Positions 12,441 through 27,100 are shown, counted from the first letter of the whole stretch. The stretch is DNA of 63,702 nucleotides, filler included, from Octopus bimaculoides (GCF_001194135.2; 5 parts of 5 records of this genome joined end to end with filler, not necessarily neighbours in it), one strand, 5' to 3'. A program made the numbers and translations. The notes: generated by a model from the sequence alone, not told the origin.

Positions 12441-12888
12441 TCCATCTATATGCATATGTGTATAGAAAAATGTATCATTTCTTATGCGTTTATGTGGATG
12501 TATAAGGAATGGTATGCAGTTCCATGCGTGTATTTATCTGCATTTTCACAAATTGCGGCCTGAACATGATACATGTTACTCCTTTAATTTCACGCCCAAC
12601 AGCGTAAACGATAGCAAATTCACTATCAAAGCAGAATAAGTTTCCACCAAACCTTTCTCTTAAAGACTTCCTACGAACAAATACTTTCGTCTTATCATTC
12701 TTTGTTTCCCACTTCCTACACAACCACACCTAATTTTTATTCACATTACTGCACCTAACTTAGGAACATGTTGCCAGAAAGAACCAAAGTAAACCACAGT
12801 TTACGGCAAGAAAGCCGAAAGTCACTATCAATCTTTTCCTTGTAAAACATGTCTATCTATCTATCTATCTACCTATCTATCTATCTAT

Positions 12889-13310
12889 GTGTTGTCGAAT
12901 GAAAGTTTCAATAAAAATGGGTAAATGTGGCAAGAATGGTAAGAATGAAAGACGACACCATTTTAAGCATAGACTTGTAACAAAAAGAGACAAAAAGAGA
13001 GAAGGTACTTACTTTCATGTACCTTTAAAAAAAGAAGCCTGAGGTGACCGTGGTCTTTTCCGTAGGCTTTTCTCTCCACGGATAAACCTAATCTGTTCCC
13101 CATTTTTTTTTACATTGACTGTGATACACGATCCCTATTGATCGCCCCCCCTTCCTTTTTTTCCCGCGATCCCTTTTGATCGAAATCCCCCCCTTTTTTT
13201 CTGCGATCCCTTTTGATCGAAATTATCTCCCCCTTTCCCCCCAAAGAAAAGCTCTACATTGTAATTTGTCCATTTTCTGTATTTAGCCCTGTGTGGCTAT
13301 AATAAAAAGA
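12889..13310 (+). mobile_element. L1/Tx1-clade LINE 3' end (ORF2 C-terminus and 3' UTR)
   Basis: VLSNESFNK/WVNVARMVRMKDDTILSID aligns by eye with the minus-strand ORF2 end at 44100-44250 (W-VKVAKMIRANGTSLSVD). It ends in the hairpin AGCC-CTGTGT-GGCT followed by AATAAA. Confidence 0.7.
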
Positions 13311-13317
13311 TATCTAA

Positions 13318-13497
<180 letters not shown>

Positions 13498-13646
13498 CTA
13501 CCTGCATGTATAAATTGAATGATGCAATATATTAATAAATGTTTACTTCTGAAATACATTTGATTAAACACAAACACGCGCGCGCGCGCACACACACACA
13601 TATAGAGAAAGGTAAATAGATACATATATTATGTATAATATTTATA

Positions 13647-13696
<50 letters not shown>

Positions 13697-14010
13697 TACC
13701 CTCTTAGAGGATTTAAGTAAAATTATACAAATGTGTCCGGCTGATTAAATTAATTCTATTTATTTATTTATGCAGCTGAGGATAGCTCTGCATTTAAATT
13801 AATGTAATGTTTGCATTGTACAATTAAATGGGGCCGCTTGATAGGGTCCTACTGCATCACCTCCTGTTGCTTATTTTGATATGTATATATATAGATGAAG
13901 AACGATGAAATGAGTGCTCAACACTGGATTGGTGGATATATAATTTCTTTATGAATTAAGGCTACCATTGGTTTCATGTTAACTCTTGGTCTACCAGAGA
14001 AAATGTATGT

Positions 14011-16028
14011 CACTAATTACTAGCTGGGTCCAATGGACCCAGTATTTTTCTTTTAATTAAATTTTATTCAAACTACCACTATTTCTTAGCTTACATAATA
14101 TATGCTATCAGGTGAATGAAGAATGACTGTTTCTAACAAATTAAAAAAAAAAAACAGCTTACAAAATATATTATAAATTTTTAAAAATTACAAAAGTACA
14201 GAATTATAGCTCTTCATGGCAGTGAATGCTGACAACATTGGAATGTTCTTGACAAACATGTATATTGCAATTCTTACATGTAGTACAAGTTTTCCTGTCT
14301 TCTTTGGGGTCACACAAAGAACATCTTCCTTTTTTCTTTGGCTGAGGAATCTCAAATGAAGTTGAAGACCGTCTTCTTTTCTTGTTTGGTTGAGAAATGT
14401 TAGCGGAACTAGAAGATTGTTTGTCATATTCTTGTTTAGCATTAACTCCTGCAAGCTCCTTTCCTAACTGAATTAGGCACTGTCTTCTTTTATCCTTGAA
14501 ACTTTGCAAGTGAAACTGTTTAGCAACAATGAAAGCATTCACTGCACTTATACCAATCATGTTGTAGAATATAATCATAAGCCATATTCGAGTCATTCTT
14601 TTGCAAGTGTATGTCCTTACCATCTTATCTAGGGTATCTACTCCTCCTTTTGTTTTGTTGTAACATGTAATAACTTCAGGTTTCTTTTCAGCCCTTTTTG
14701 AATCAATTGAAGGCTGAGAGTGCATTGTACTCATAAGTGTGACGACATAATTTTTCTTGGGACAATAAGATAAGATCATAGAATCCTTTTGAAATCCAAA
14801 TATTGTGCTGTTGATTTCTCTTTCTTTTCCATTTGTGAAAGCACTTGGAAGTTCAACTCTGTTCTTTCTAATTGTTCCAACTAAAGTAGTTTTCTTACTA
14901 AGCAGCTTTCAAGCCAATCCTAGACTTGTAAAGAAATGATCACAAGTTATACCGTGACCAATATTTTCAAGTTCTTTTACTCGGTCTTCAACAACCCTTG
15001 AACCTTGATTTGTCTCTCTCCCTTTTACGGGGACTTTTCCAGTGTGATGAATTTCCTTCCATTTATTTTTGTAAACAACCTGATCTTCATCATTTGTCCA
15101 TGACGCATAAAAATAGTAAAACATGTTTCAATGCTATTGCAAAACTTTTTAGCAAAACGGGATGGTCCACATTCTTGGCACACAATATTGCAAGATGAAG
15201 TTCTTACTGCTGCTTGAGGAAGAGGATTAGAATGCCGAATTTCTTGTCTGTCTCTAGAAACATATTGCTCATTCATAATTGGGTGGCTTGCAGATAATTG
15301 TTTTTGAGTATCTTCACCACCTGATGACACAGAACCTAAACTATCCAGCACATAATCACTTTCACCACCATCTTCAGAGCAATAGAAGGAATCACTATCT
15401 TCTTCCCATTCTTCATCTAATTCCGATAACCTTTTTGATATTTGGTCTTCACCCAAGTTTTCACGTTTAACCATATTGGAAAGCACAACTGAACTACATG
15501 AAACTTGATAGCTGACTAAAGGCAGATATTGCTCTCCCACATATTTATACTCTCCTGAAAGATGTTACAATGTATTGTAAGAATAGCGTCATCACATAGC
15601 AATTTTGCATCACCCTATGACCTACCAGATTGAAGGTCATGCAATACCACACTAATTTACAGGAATATTTTCATAATTTTTCCTATTTTATCTTAAAATT
15701 CAGCAAATAAATTGAATACAATTTCATCTATTTTATATCTGATAAATATCTAGGAAAATAATATTTGATACTGCTTTTATTCTGTTTAGAATGACAAGAG
15801 TAGTGACTGAATTTAATGCGAGGGTCCAATGGACCCATGCGGTAATTAATGTATAAAGTAAAATTTTCTAGCTTTTATAAACATGCAAAAAATTTCCCAT
15901 TTGACAAATAAATGAGAGTCAAGAAAAAATAAGAGTTACAAGAAATCAACAGAATCAAATAATATAAACAGTAGGAAAAAGCAACAGAAAAAAACTGAAA
16001 TGGGTCCATTGGACGCATTGGTACACGG
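14011..16028 (-). mobile_element. piggyBac transposon, internally deleted and pseudogenised
   Basis: ORF 14204-14779 has KPEVITCYNKTKGGVDTLDKM, IIFYNMIGISAVNAFI and a Cys-rich C-terminus (CSLC..CKNC..VCQEH). ORF 14909-15124 has ITCDHFFTS (D-N-F-F-T-S motif). ORF 15025-15540 is an acidic N-terminus. Palindromic GGGTCCA(A/T)TGGAC(C/G)C motifs lie at 14026, 15822 and 16002. The right end runs into an N gap. Confidence 0.93.
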
Positions 16029-16713
16029 NNNNNNNNNNNNNNNNNNNNNNNNNNNNNNNNNNNNNNNNNNNNNNNNNNNNNNNNNNNNNNNNNNNNNNNN
16101 NNNNNNNNNNNNNNNNNNNNNNNNNNNNNNNNNNNNNNNNNNNNNNNNNNNNNNNNNNNNNNNNNNNNNNNNNNNNNNNNNNNNNNNNNNNNNNNNNNNN
16201 NNNNNNNNNNNNNNNNNNNNNNNNNNNNNNNNNNNNNNNNNNNNNNNNNNNNNNNNNNNNNNNNNNNNNNNNNNNNNNNNNNNNNNNNNNNNNNNNNNNN
16301 NNNNNNNNNNNNNNNNNNNNNNNNNNNNNNNNNNNNNNNNNNNNNNNNNNNNNNNNNNNNNNNNNNNNNNNNNNNNNNNNNNNNNNNNNNNNNNNNNNNN
16401 NNNNNNNNNNNNNNNNNNNNNNNNNNNNNNNNNNNNNNNNNNNNNNNNNNNNNNNNNNNNNNNNNNNNNNNNNNNNNNNNNNNNNNNNNNNNNNNNNNNN
16501 NNNNNNNNNNNNNNNTGTGTGTGTGTGTGTGTGTGTGTGTATGCATGTATGTAAATGTAGAACGATGAAACGAGTGCTCAATACCGCATTGGGGGATATA
16601 TAATTTCTTTATTTGTGAATTAAGGCTACCATTCGATAACATACAAAATTTAAAACAATACATATTTTAAACTTTATAGGTTTAATTCCAATTTTAAATA
16701 ACTGTATAAGAGA

Positions 16714-18883
16714 AAGGGTGCTGAATGTTAGCAAATTTTTAAACATAACAAAGAATTAATATGCTTTGTTAGATAAAATCAATCGAAGCTGAAGTTTCTC
16801 CTTTTTACAAACATCATAAAGATCTTGAAACACTTGATTGCCCTTTCTGCACTCTGATTTGTTCTGGGAATTTCCAGGTTTGATGGTTCTCAACTCCAAA
16901 AGTTTTTACAGAGTTTAATGCTTTTTCATGAACTTGCAGGATACCACATAACTTCTGATAATCATGTGCATTGAACATCTTGTCAGTAAACCAAAAATCT
17001 GCCCAGCTGTAAGAGATGAATCGACAAACATTGAGAAGCAAAACTCTTTTTCCTGGTAGAAGAATAAATGCCAAAAGAGCTAGTATTGCTCGAGAATTCC
17101 ATCTTGCATTACTCAAGTTGGGTATTTTTTGAAACTTTACAATAGAAAATTTGCCGGTTTTTTCAAAGAAACGAAAAACTCTGGTCAAATGAAATAGAAA
17201 TTTCATGTCATCTCGCCATTCTGCTGATTCAATAATCTTTTCTTCACCATTGTTGAAATTAACCTGGAGTTTCTCGTAATTACTTAGAAGTTCTGGGATG
17301 AATATATATTCAATATTGGGAAATGACTTTTTTCTCCAAGTTCGTTATCCATTACAACACGAAGAACTCTATCAAGGATGTGATACTGACAACCAATAAA
17401 TTGCGGTTCTTTCAAACCCTTTTGAGCAAACAGTCTTTGCAACTGAATGACAATGCCATTTCTTTTCCCAGTGTTCACAATTGTTGTATCAGCGACAATT
17501 ATCTTTACACAGTTCCATAAATTGTATTCATCTAAAACAGCTGTTATTCCTATCACAACAGTATCAGCTTTTCTCTTTGAAAATTGGAGTGCTTCTAACT
17601 TAATTTTTCTTTAAAACTAGCACTTGGTATTCTTGGTCATCAATATGTTTACCATCAAAATGCAATTACCAGTTTTCTAAATGTGGTGTTTTCTTTATTT
17701 TCTTTCTTAGTTTAACAGTTTCTTTGATAGTCGATCTGTAAATATCAGATTGGGAAGGAGTCTCGACATTGATTCCATCTTGAGATAATTGTTAACAAAC
17801 TGTTGCTGCTTTTTGGGTTGATAGCTTGGAAGATATTACGAACTTGGTTGCAGTTCCAGTTTTGTTATACTTCCCCCTTGTTTGTGAGTATTCTTCATCT
17901 GATATTTTTGACTCTTGATATTCACTTTCAGTCTCTGCTTCAGACGTTGCTGATGTCACTGGAGTTGCTCTGGTTGAAGTTGGCATTAAGGACACTTTTC
18001 TTCTTTTTGATGGATGGATAGTTTTGGAACTGGTACCTTTCCAGTTCCATACCCAACCTGTCCCTTGCTTTCAATTTGAAGATAATATAACCTTCTATCC
18101 TCTCTGCACAGCCATTCAACGTTTTCCTTTGTGATGTCAAAAATTCCTTTCAATGAATCGTGTTTTCCTTGTTTTACACATTTATCGTAGGTATTCAGCA
18201 CTTTTTCTACTTGTACATTTTGAATTGATAAAAGTTACTTTCGAAATTTCCTTTGTTCTTTCTTTCCTTTCTTTGATGGTACCTCCAAGGAACAGGTAGC
18301 GACTGACAATTTGAAGTTTCATTGGTATCCTGCAGTTGTTTTCCAAAAAATGTTCTTGTAGGAGAACAGGTCTTCTTTTCCTATGTGAGCCTTGAAATTG
18401 CACGAGATTCTTCGTCCAGATTTTTTGTTTCTTTGAGTGACACAAGCATTCTTCTTATGAGACATTCTTTCAGATACTCTAGTTGGATAAGCTTACTATT
18501 CTGAAAAACAGTTAATATAGTCAAAGATTTTAGCGTCACAGAAATAAAAAGGAGAGGAGGAGGATATTTCCTAAAGTAGGGCATAATTGGTAACAAATTA
18601 AAAACTCTGTAACTCCTAAACTACTAAAAATTGAAAGTTGAAATATGAGATATACTGCTTCTGCATTGCATTAAGTCAGCACACCAAGTTTGGTAAAAAC
18701 TTGAGTGGGCATTGTGTCCTCACTAAAATTTTACATGATTTGGGTCAATAGTGGTGTTAGATTTCTTCAGTTGGGTGAAACGATTTTTAAAAAAACTTAA
18801 AATAAAGGTTATTTTTTCCTACTTATATGAAATTGATACATGAAATTGTTTACTTCTCAAAAAATCAAGGAGTCATAACCCTA
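16714..18883 (-). mobile_element. hAT-superfamily-like (hATm-type) DNA transposon, degenerate
   Basis: Fragments ADTTIVNTGKRNG..FIGCQYHILD (DTT..NTG and CxxH motifs) and LSNARWNSRAI (hAT RW motif). Termini resemble TAGGGT: AAGGGTG at 16714 and ACCCTA at 18878. The subgroup is inferred. Confidence 0.65.
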
Positions 18884-18898
18884 ATATACATACATATA

Positions 18899-19015
18899 GG
18901 TGCAGGAGTGGCTGTGTGATAAGTAGCTTGCTTACCAACCACATGGTTCTGGGTTCAGTACTACTGCGTGGCAACTTGGGCAAGTGTCTTCTACTATAGC
19001 CTCGGGCCGACCGTT
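18899..19015 (+). mobile_element. SINE family A, 3'-truncated
   Basis: A-box TGGCTGTGTGATAAG and B-box-like GGTTCTGGGTTCAGT; near-identical to 36917-37030. Confidence 0.85.
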
Positions 19016-19206
19016 GCTTTTTCCTACTGCTTATATTATTTGATTCTGCNNNNNNNNNNATATTTTTTCAATGTGTACAAATAACAAGGAAAAAATAAAT
19101 AAATAGTTACCAGGGTACCAAAAATTCACATAAGTGCCAAGGATATTACAGCTACTTATAAAGGTAGAAATTCCAGGGTTAAGTGAAATGTTTTTATATA
19201 ACATGG

Positions 19207-19570
19207 ATAAATTAAGAAATGGAGTCAAATGCAGGTGTTATCCAAATCATTTATACTTCTAACATATTTTTCGAAAAAAGCATTGAGATTATTCCGGAGG
19301 GAATAAGATGAGGTAAAACAATGCAATCATCTTGTCAGGGGAAAAATAGGAACAAAACACATCAATAAGCCATTTTAACCGAATGTGATTACCGCGTGTG
19401 GTTAAAATAACTTTATTGATGTGTTGTGTTCCTTTTTCCCCACTGACGAGATGATTGCATTGTTTTACATCATTTTATTCCATCCGGAATTATCTCAATT
19501 CTTTTTTCGAAACATATGTTGGAAGTGTAAATGATTTGAATAACGCCTGCGTTTAACTCCATTTCTTTTA

Positions 19571-19577
<7 letters not shown>
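19207..19577. mobile_element. Foldback or palindromic element, about 370 bp
   Basis: Arm 19207-19380 is the reverse complement of arm 19400-19577, with scattered substitutions and a 19-nt spacer. Confidence 0.85.
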
Positions 19578-19625
<48 letters not shown>

Positions 19626-19817
19626 ATATCTGTGATGATTTGAGAAGTGGTGACCAGTGACAATTCTGCAAATAGTAAGAATAATAGTTTATAAGCGATT
19701 ACCGTGTATAGACTAAAAAAATTAGTCTAATATTGGGGCAGAAAACGCACATGCTTTTTTTGTTTAAAAAAACAAAACTATGAAATTATAGTTCTTAAAT
19801 CTAACGGGAGGAAGTGA

Positions 19818-19891
19818 GTAGGCTCATTGGTGTAATGGCAGCATATTTATCGGGATTATATAGAGCTGTGGGTTCGAGTCCCATGCGTACG
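19818..19891 (+). pseudogene. Degenerate tRNA or tRNA-derived SINE head
   Basis: A box TGGTGTAATGG, T arm GTGGG-TTCGAGT-CCCAT, and an imperfect acceptor stem GTAGGCT/TGCGTAC. The anticodon loop is irregular, so the isotype cannot be assigned. An N gap follows. Confidence 0.5.
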
Positions 19892-20504
19892 GAAAACCTN
19901 NNNNNNNNNNNNNNNNNNNNNNNNNNNNNNNNNNNNNNNNNNNNNNNNNNNNNNNNNNNNNNNNNNNNNNNNNNNNNNNNNNNNNNNNNNNNNNNNNNNN
20001 NNNNNNNNNNNNNNNNNNNNNNNNNNNNNNNNNNNNNNNNNNNNNNNNNNNNNNNNNNNNNNNNNNNNNNNNNNNNNNNNNNNNNNNNNNNNNNNNNNNN
20101 NNNNNNNNNNNNNNNNNNNNNNNNNNNNNNNNNNNNNNNNNNNNNNNNNNNNNNNNNNNNNNNNNNNNNNNNNNNNNNNNNNNNNNNNNNNNNNNNNNNN
20201 NNNNNNNNNNNNNNNNNNNNNNNNNNNNNNNNNNNNNNNNNNNNNATATATATATATATATACATATATATGAAAAAATAGTTTCACCATTCCATAGCAA
20301 AACCGTTGAACTAAAAATTTGACAATTTTTGATATCTTGGTATCTGAAGCAGCTGGAGATACGATAATTTGACCAAAAGAACCGGCTATTGCAAGCAAAA
20401 ATAATTATTGAAAAAAATGCATATGGCCAAATTTGAACATACGACAGTTTAGCATAATAACAACGAATATATTTGGCAAGGCAGATAATGGCATGATATA
20501 TCAT

Positions 20505-21684
20505 AGCTGCAAGACCCTAGATTAGCTGCAGGACTTCCTTAATGACAGAAATGAGGCAGTTGCAGCCGATGGTGCCCTTTCTGAGGAAGCTCAAATTCTA
20601 AGTGGCATCCTCCAGGAAACTGGAGCACTACTGTTTATAATAGCCCTCTTAGACATGCCCATGGTCACTCGGACAACCACCGTCACTAGCTACGCCGATG
20701 ATACAAAATCGTAAGCTTGTAGCGGGACATGAATGCTATACACAAGTGGGCTGAATTAAACAACATGCAGCTTAATGCTGGAAAATTTCAAGTACTGCAC
20801 TATCAACTTACGAATGCATTATCAACTCACTATCAACTCACGAATGCACAGCAGCCTGTCTAACAGAACCCGAAGGCACTGCAATCCCAGAGTTACAGCA
20901 GTGAAAGACTTGGGGATCAGCATGTGCAATGATGCATCATTCCATATGCACATTACCAAGATGGCAGCAAAGTGCAGACAACTGACAAGATGGATAATAA
21001 GGTCCTTCAAAACAATAAACCAAGAGGTTATGTTGATCCTGTGGATGACCTTTGTTCTCGGCTGCATGAACTACTGCTCTCAGCTATGGTCACCGCATAA
21101 TGCCAAATTAACAGTGAAGCTTGAAGCAGTCCAATGCCACTATACTAAAAAGATTGAAACAGAGGCGGATGAGCAACAGGGAGAGGCTGAAAAAACTACG
21201 ACTTTACTCCCTGGAGCGAAGGCGCCACAGATATGTAATAATCTACATATGGGAAACTCTAGGAGGGCTGGTACCAAATTTTGGCATTGGGTGTTATACA
21301 AATGCCAGAACTGGATGCCATTGTATTGTACCAAAGGTACCACCCACTCAATCTAAATTCAAGACCAAGTACTGCAATAGCCTAGCGTTCAAAGGTCCAC
21401 TGCTCTTCAATGCCCTGCCACAAAATTTAAGAAATCTACATAATGTGGATGTAAATGTCTTCAAAAAGAAACTAGGCATCCTCTCCACAACGGCTGGACA
21501 TGAGGTACAGATGAGGGCAGCGGCATCAAACTCCTTCAAACACCAAATGGACCAACAGCTGGAGCAAAGGCACATACAGGAATGGTGATGTGAATCCCCA
21601 CCCCAGTAGGAGGAAATCAGCAAAACCACGGTGGTGCTCCAACATGACCGCAGCTACACGGCTGAAACGAATGAAAGAATAAAA
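20505..21684 (+). mobile_element. CR1-clade LINE, 5'-truncated (RT C-terminal half through the 3' tail)
   Basis: DFLNDR..SGILQ..LLFII..SYADDTK (RT YADD motif), KLEAVQCHYTKKI, RERLKKLRLYSLERRR and KGPLLFNALPQNLRNL. It is frameshifted and ends in a GAAAGAATAAAA tail. Confidence 0.92.
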
Positions 21685-22046
21685 TTATATATATATGTAT
21701 GTGTGTGTGTGTGCATTTGTGTGTGTAATAAAGTTAAAACAAATAGATAATGTGGCTTAACCACACGTATTTCAAAAGTAAGCGTTTATTAATATATTGC
21801 ATCATACAATTTATACATGCAAGATTGTATAAAATTTTGTAGTAACGGGTTTATAAAATATTACTACGTCGCCAGGTAATATTCCATTAGAGGTTTATCA
21901 GGCGATATGCACCAATGGGATTATGTTAGCATATGAAATTTTAAATATACAAAGAAACTACTCAAAGGGATTAGCTTCTCATGCTATGCAGATTCATTAT
22001 TTAAAAAATAAAAGACAAATTAAAAATAGGAGTGTAAGGTAAAATG

Positions 22047-22078
<32 letters not shown>

Positions 22079-23452
22079 CTATGAGATCAATGAGCTAAGC
22101 TGAATAAGCCGCCAGGCGAAACTATAAATATCAGTCAAAAGGAATTTTATAAATTTCATATACATTTATGTATTCTGTTGTTATTCTTGAACTTCCTTCA
22201 AAATAATAACTTTAAATTTGCACACACGCACACGCACACACGCGCGCGCATGCGCACAAACACACATACATGCATTCACACATATACACTCACACACCTA
22301 TGTGTGTATGTGCATGTGTGTATGTGTGTATGTGTATGCATGTGTATGTGTGTTGAGAATTTGTCATTTTGGTTTTGATGGTGTGATTCATTAATTGGGT
22401 TCCAGAAAAGGAAATATATGCCCTCTAGGGAATGAGTTACAGAACTCACTGAAGTGGTACTTCAGTAAAATAAAATAATTTCTTGTTTTTAAGTGTTTTT
22501 CCTTTTAGAAAAATACTGTATCACTTTTTGAGTATCTCAGTAAATATGAGTAACATCACTTTGAACGTAACTTAAATTCAACAACTATTATCATCTAAAT
22601 ACTAGCCGTTGTCAACAAGTGATACTCTATGTGGTTAATTGTCTTAGCCAGAAGACCCCAATCTACCGTTTTAAAATTGACATCTAACATTTCATTGAAT
22701 ATTGTAGTATAATGCTCAGGATCCTAAAAATAGAGGAAGGACTACTTCTGTTCATATATCCATTGAGGTTGGGTCAATCTGTGGCTAAATAACAATAACA
22801 AATATTTTTAAAAAATCAGTACAGTGACAAAGTTGATTAGATTAATTTGTTATTCCAGTATTTCTAAAATGTATGAGCTCCACATATTAAGTAATAGGAA
22901 ATGGTTTCAACCGCAATCCAAAAATTGCTTTATGGACTTGGTATGTCACTTACTCTATAGTGCTTAACAGATTATGCTATAGTTGTGATACCTAGCAGTG
23001 TTACTAGCTGTAGATTTTGGAGGCAGGTCCAGTTGATTATAATGACAAATAACCAAAGATTTCGGAAGTATAGTCAATTATATCGAACAACGACTGAGCA
23101 ACAACTCAGCTACTAAGCCCGCAACAAAACCCTGCCCCACAATGTGTGATGCCATATACAATAAACTGATGTCACCAAAGTGAAGACAGCTCGCTGCCAA
23201 CGCGGGCCTAAGAACAGAGATATGAACTGGTGTCGTTGTCTGCACTCACATCATGTGACTTGAGCCTAACAGATGGAAGTATTTTTCAATTTGTCTCAAA
23301 GCCGTCATTCTTCTGAATTGGCACATACTACGAGCCCACGAAATTTCAAGTCATCCGGAGCTGTGTACGCGTGTGTGTATGTGAGTGTTTGTGTGTATGT
23401 ATATACACACGCACACATCTACACATATGTACACATGATGCAAGTCTCTACC

Positions 23453-23487
<35 letters not shown>

Positions 23488-24596
23488 TCATATANNNNNN
23501 NNNNNNNNNNNNNNNNNNNNNNNNNNNNNNNNNNNNNNNNNNNNNNNNNNNNNNNNNNNNNNNNNNNNNNNNNNNNNNNNNNNNNNNNNNNNNNNNNNNN
23601 NNNNNNNNNNNNNNNNNNNNNNNNNNNNNNNNNNNNNNNNNNNNNNNNNNNNNNNNNNNNNNNNNNNNNNNNNNNNNNNNNNNNNNNNNNNNNNNNNNNN
23701 NNNNNNNNNNNNNNNNNNNNNNNNNNNNNNNNNNNNNNNNNNNNNNNNNNNNNNNNNNNNNNNNNNNNNNNNNNNNNNNNNNNNNNNNNNNNNNNNNNNN
23801 NNNNNNNNNNNNNNNNNNNNNNNNNNNNNNNNNNNNNNNNNNNNNNNNNNNNNNNNNNNNNNNNNNNNNNNNNNNNNNNNNNNNNNNNNNNNNNNNNNNN
23901 NATATATATTACTTACGATTCTCTAATTCTTCTATTCCTCTGCCTCTACCTCTCTCCTCTCTTTCCACGTGACCGGTGTGCTGCCAAGCCTGACCTTTCT
24001 TTCTTGATTCGACTACTATCCGTGCAGCATCTATATTCCTTCCCATGCCTGTCATCTCTTATATCCCTGCCGTAAGGCTTCCCTTCCACAGACGCCAGCT
24101 TAATTTAATTCTTCCTTAGTCGAAAGACACCTGTTGTTAATGTCCTGTTGTTTGCCTTTGTATTTGTGTACTATTTCTCCGTTTTTTACCGTCCTTGTTT
24201 TCGTATACATTCGCTGTTTTCTTCCAAGAAATCTAGTGCTCTTAGCTTAGATTTGCCTTGGGGCTGGCCAGATTGTATCATTCTCGAGTATAACCAGCCG
24301 AAACTGCAAAGGTGATCTGGAACTTGACTGACGAAAGAAAACTCCGAATGACCCGTCTTTGTTTTTTTTTTTGTCTGGATGTTATGTTGTCGCCTGTTGC
24401 ATTCTCGTCCCATTTTTTGTATTCTTTATATATATATATATATATATATATATTCTTTAAGTTCGTTGACGGGAAACGTTTTTGAGTGTGCTTATAAAAA
24501 CTCCTATTTTATTATGCCGGCTACAGCCTAATGATAACATCTCGCAATAGCAGTTTTATGGGTTTGTACTTAGCTCTGTCGATATAATGTAGGATA

Positions 24597-26095
<1,499 letters not shown>

Positions 26096-27069
26096 CGATG
26101 AAAAATGCGGGCGTAGAATTCTTGTCCTGTACTTTTCCAAGAATATTAACATGCTTGCGCCCGTATTTTTCATTGTAATCCACTTTTTTCCAGGCAATGC
26201 AATAAAACTAATAAATATTCTTTTATTAAAAAATATTTGAATTAAATGAAACCTGCCTGTATATTTATTTCCTTTAAAATTAATAATATTTTAGGATAAT
26301 GAGAAATGTAAATATAATTGTAAAAATCATTAGATCCTATATCTTCACTGTATATAATTTTTTTTATATTGAAACAAAGTGCATGATATGAACGCGCCAA
26401 AAGAGAAAGTGCAAAATTCATTATGAAAATAATTTTCTATATAATAGCGAATATTAATGTAATACTAATTTTATTATAAAATCAAGAAATAAATGAGCTA
26501 TATATATATATATATATAGTAAGAAGAGCTAACAAGAAGAGGTATGAGAATATATCTACTATAGAGAATCTGATCATATGAGTAGTAAAGCCATGGCTAA
26601 TACAAAATTTAAAAAAATGCAAAACTAGCCCTGTTAGGGCAAAGTTCGTTTATTTGTCGCAATTCATGCAAAATAAAAATAAAGCCGGCAATTCAGCTAC
26701 CGTTCTTGTCAACTTGCCTGAAAATAAAAAAAATCTGTATCCTGCTATTCTGAAAATCCAAGCATACTATCTGAAAGCAAAAACTTTGTCAATTTACCCT
26801 AAGAAATAATTATCTAAATTCTGCTATTCTTAATATTGAATTAAAGTTTAAAAGCAAATAAAAAACTTATTAAAAGTTCAGACTTTCTTACAACTTTGAT
26901 TGTGGTAATGCTTTGCTTTCATTTGTTTAATAAAACTTCCTCCTCGTATAACGATTTTGCTTTCATTTTGTGATTGACAGCTATCATGCAGATAGTGCCA
27001 ACTTATAAATCCTGTTTTTTGATTAGGTGAAAATAATTAAACTTTAAACCTCAGTAACATTTTTCTGCA

Positions 27070-27100
<31 letters not shown>

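Noticed and set aside
23145-23180. GTGATG..CTGA, resembling C/D snoRNA boxes
   Set aside because: The box C is imperfect and the spacing is far too short.
24325-24360. CTGACGA..GAAT in an unclassified repeat-like segment (23900-24440)
   Set aside because: No convincing stem I or stem II, and the GAAA box is broken.
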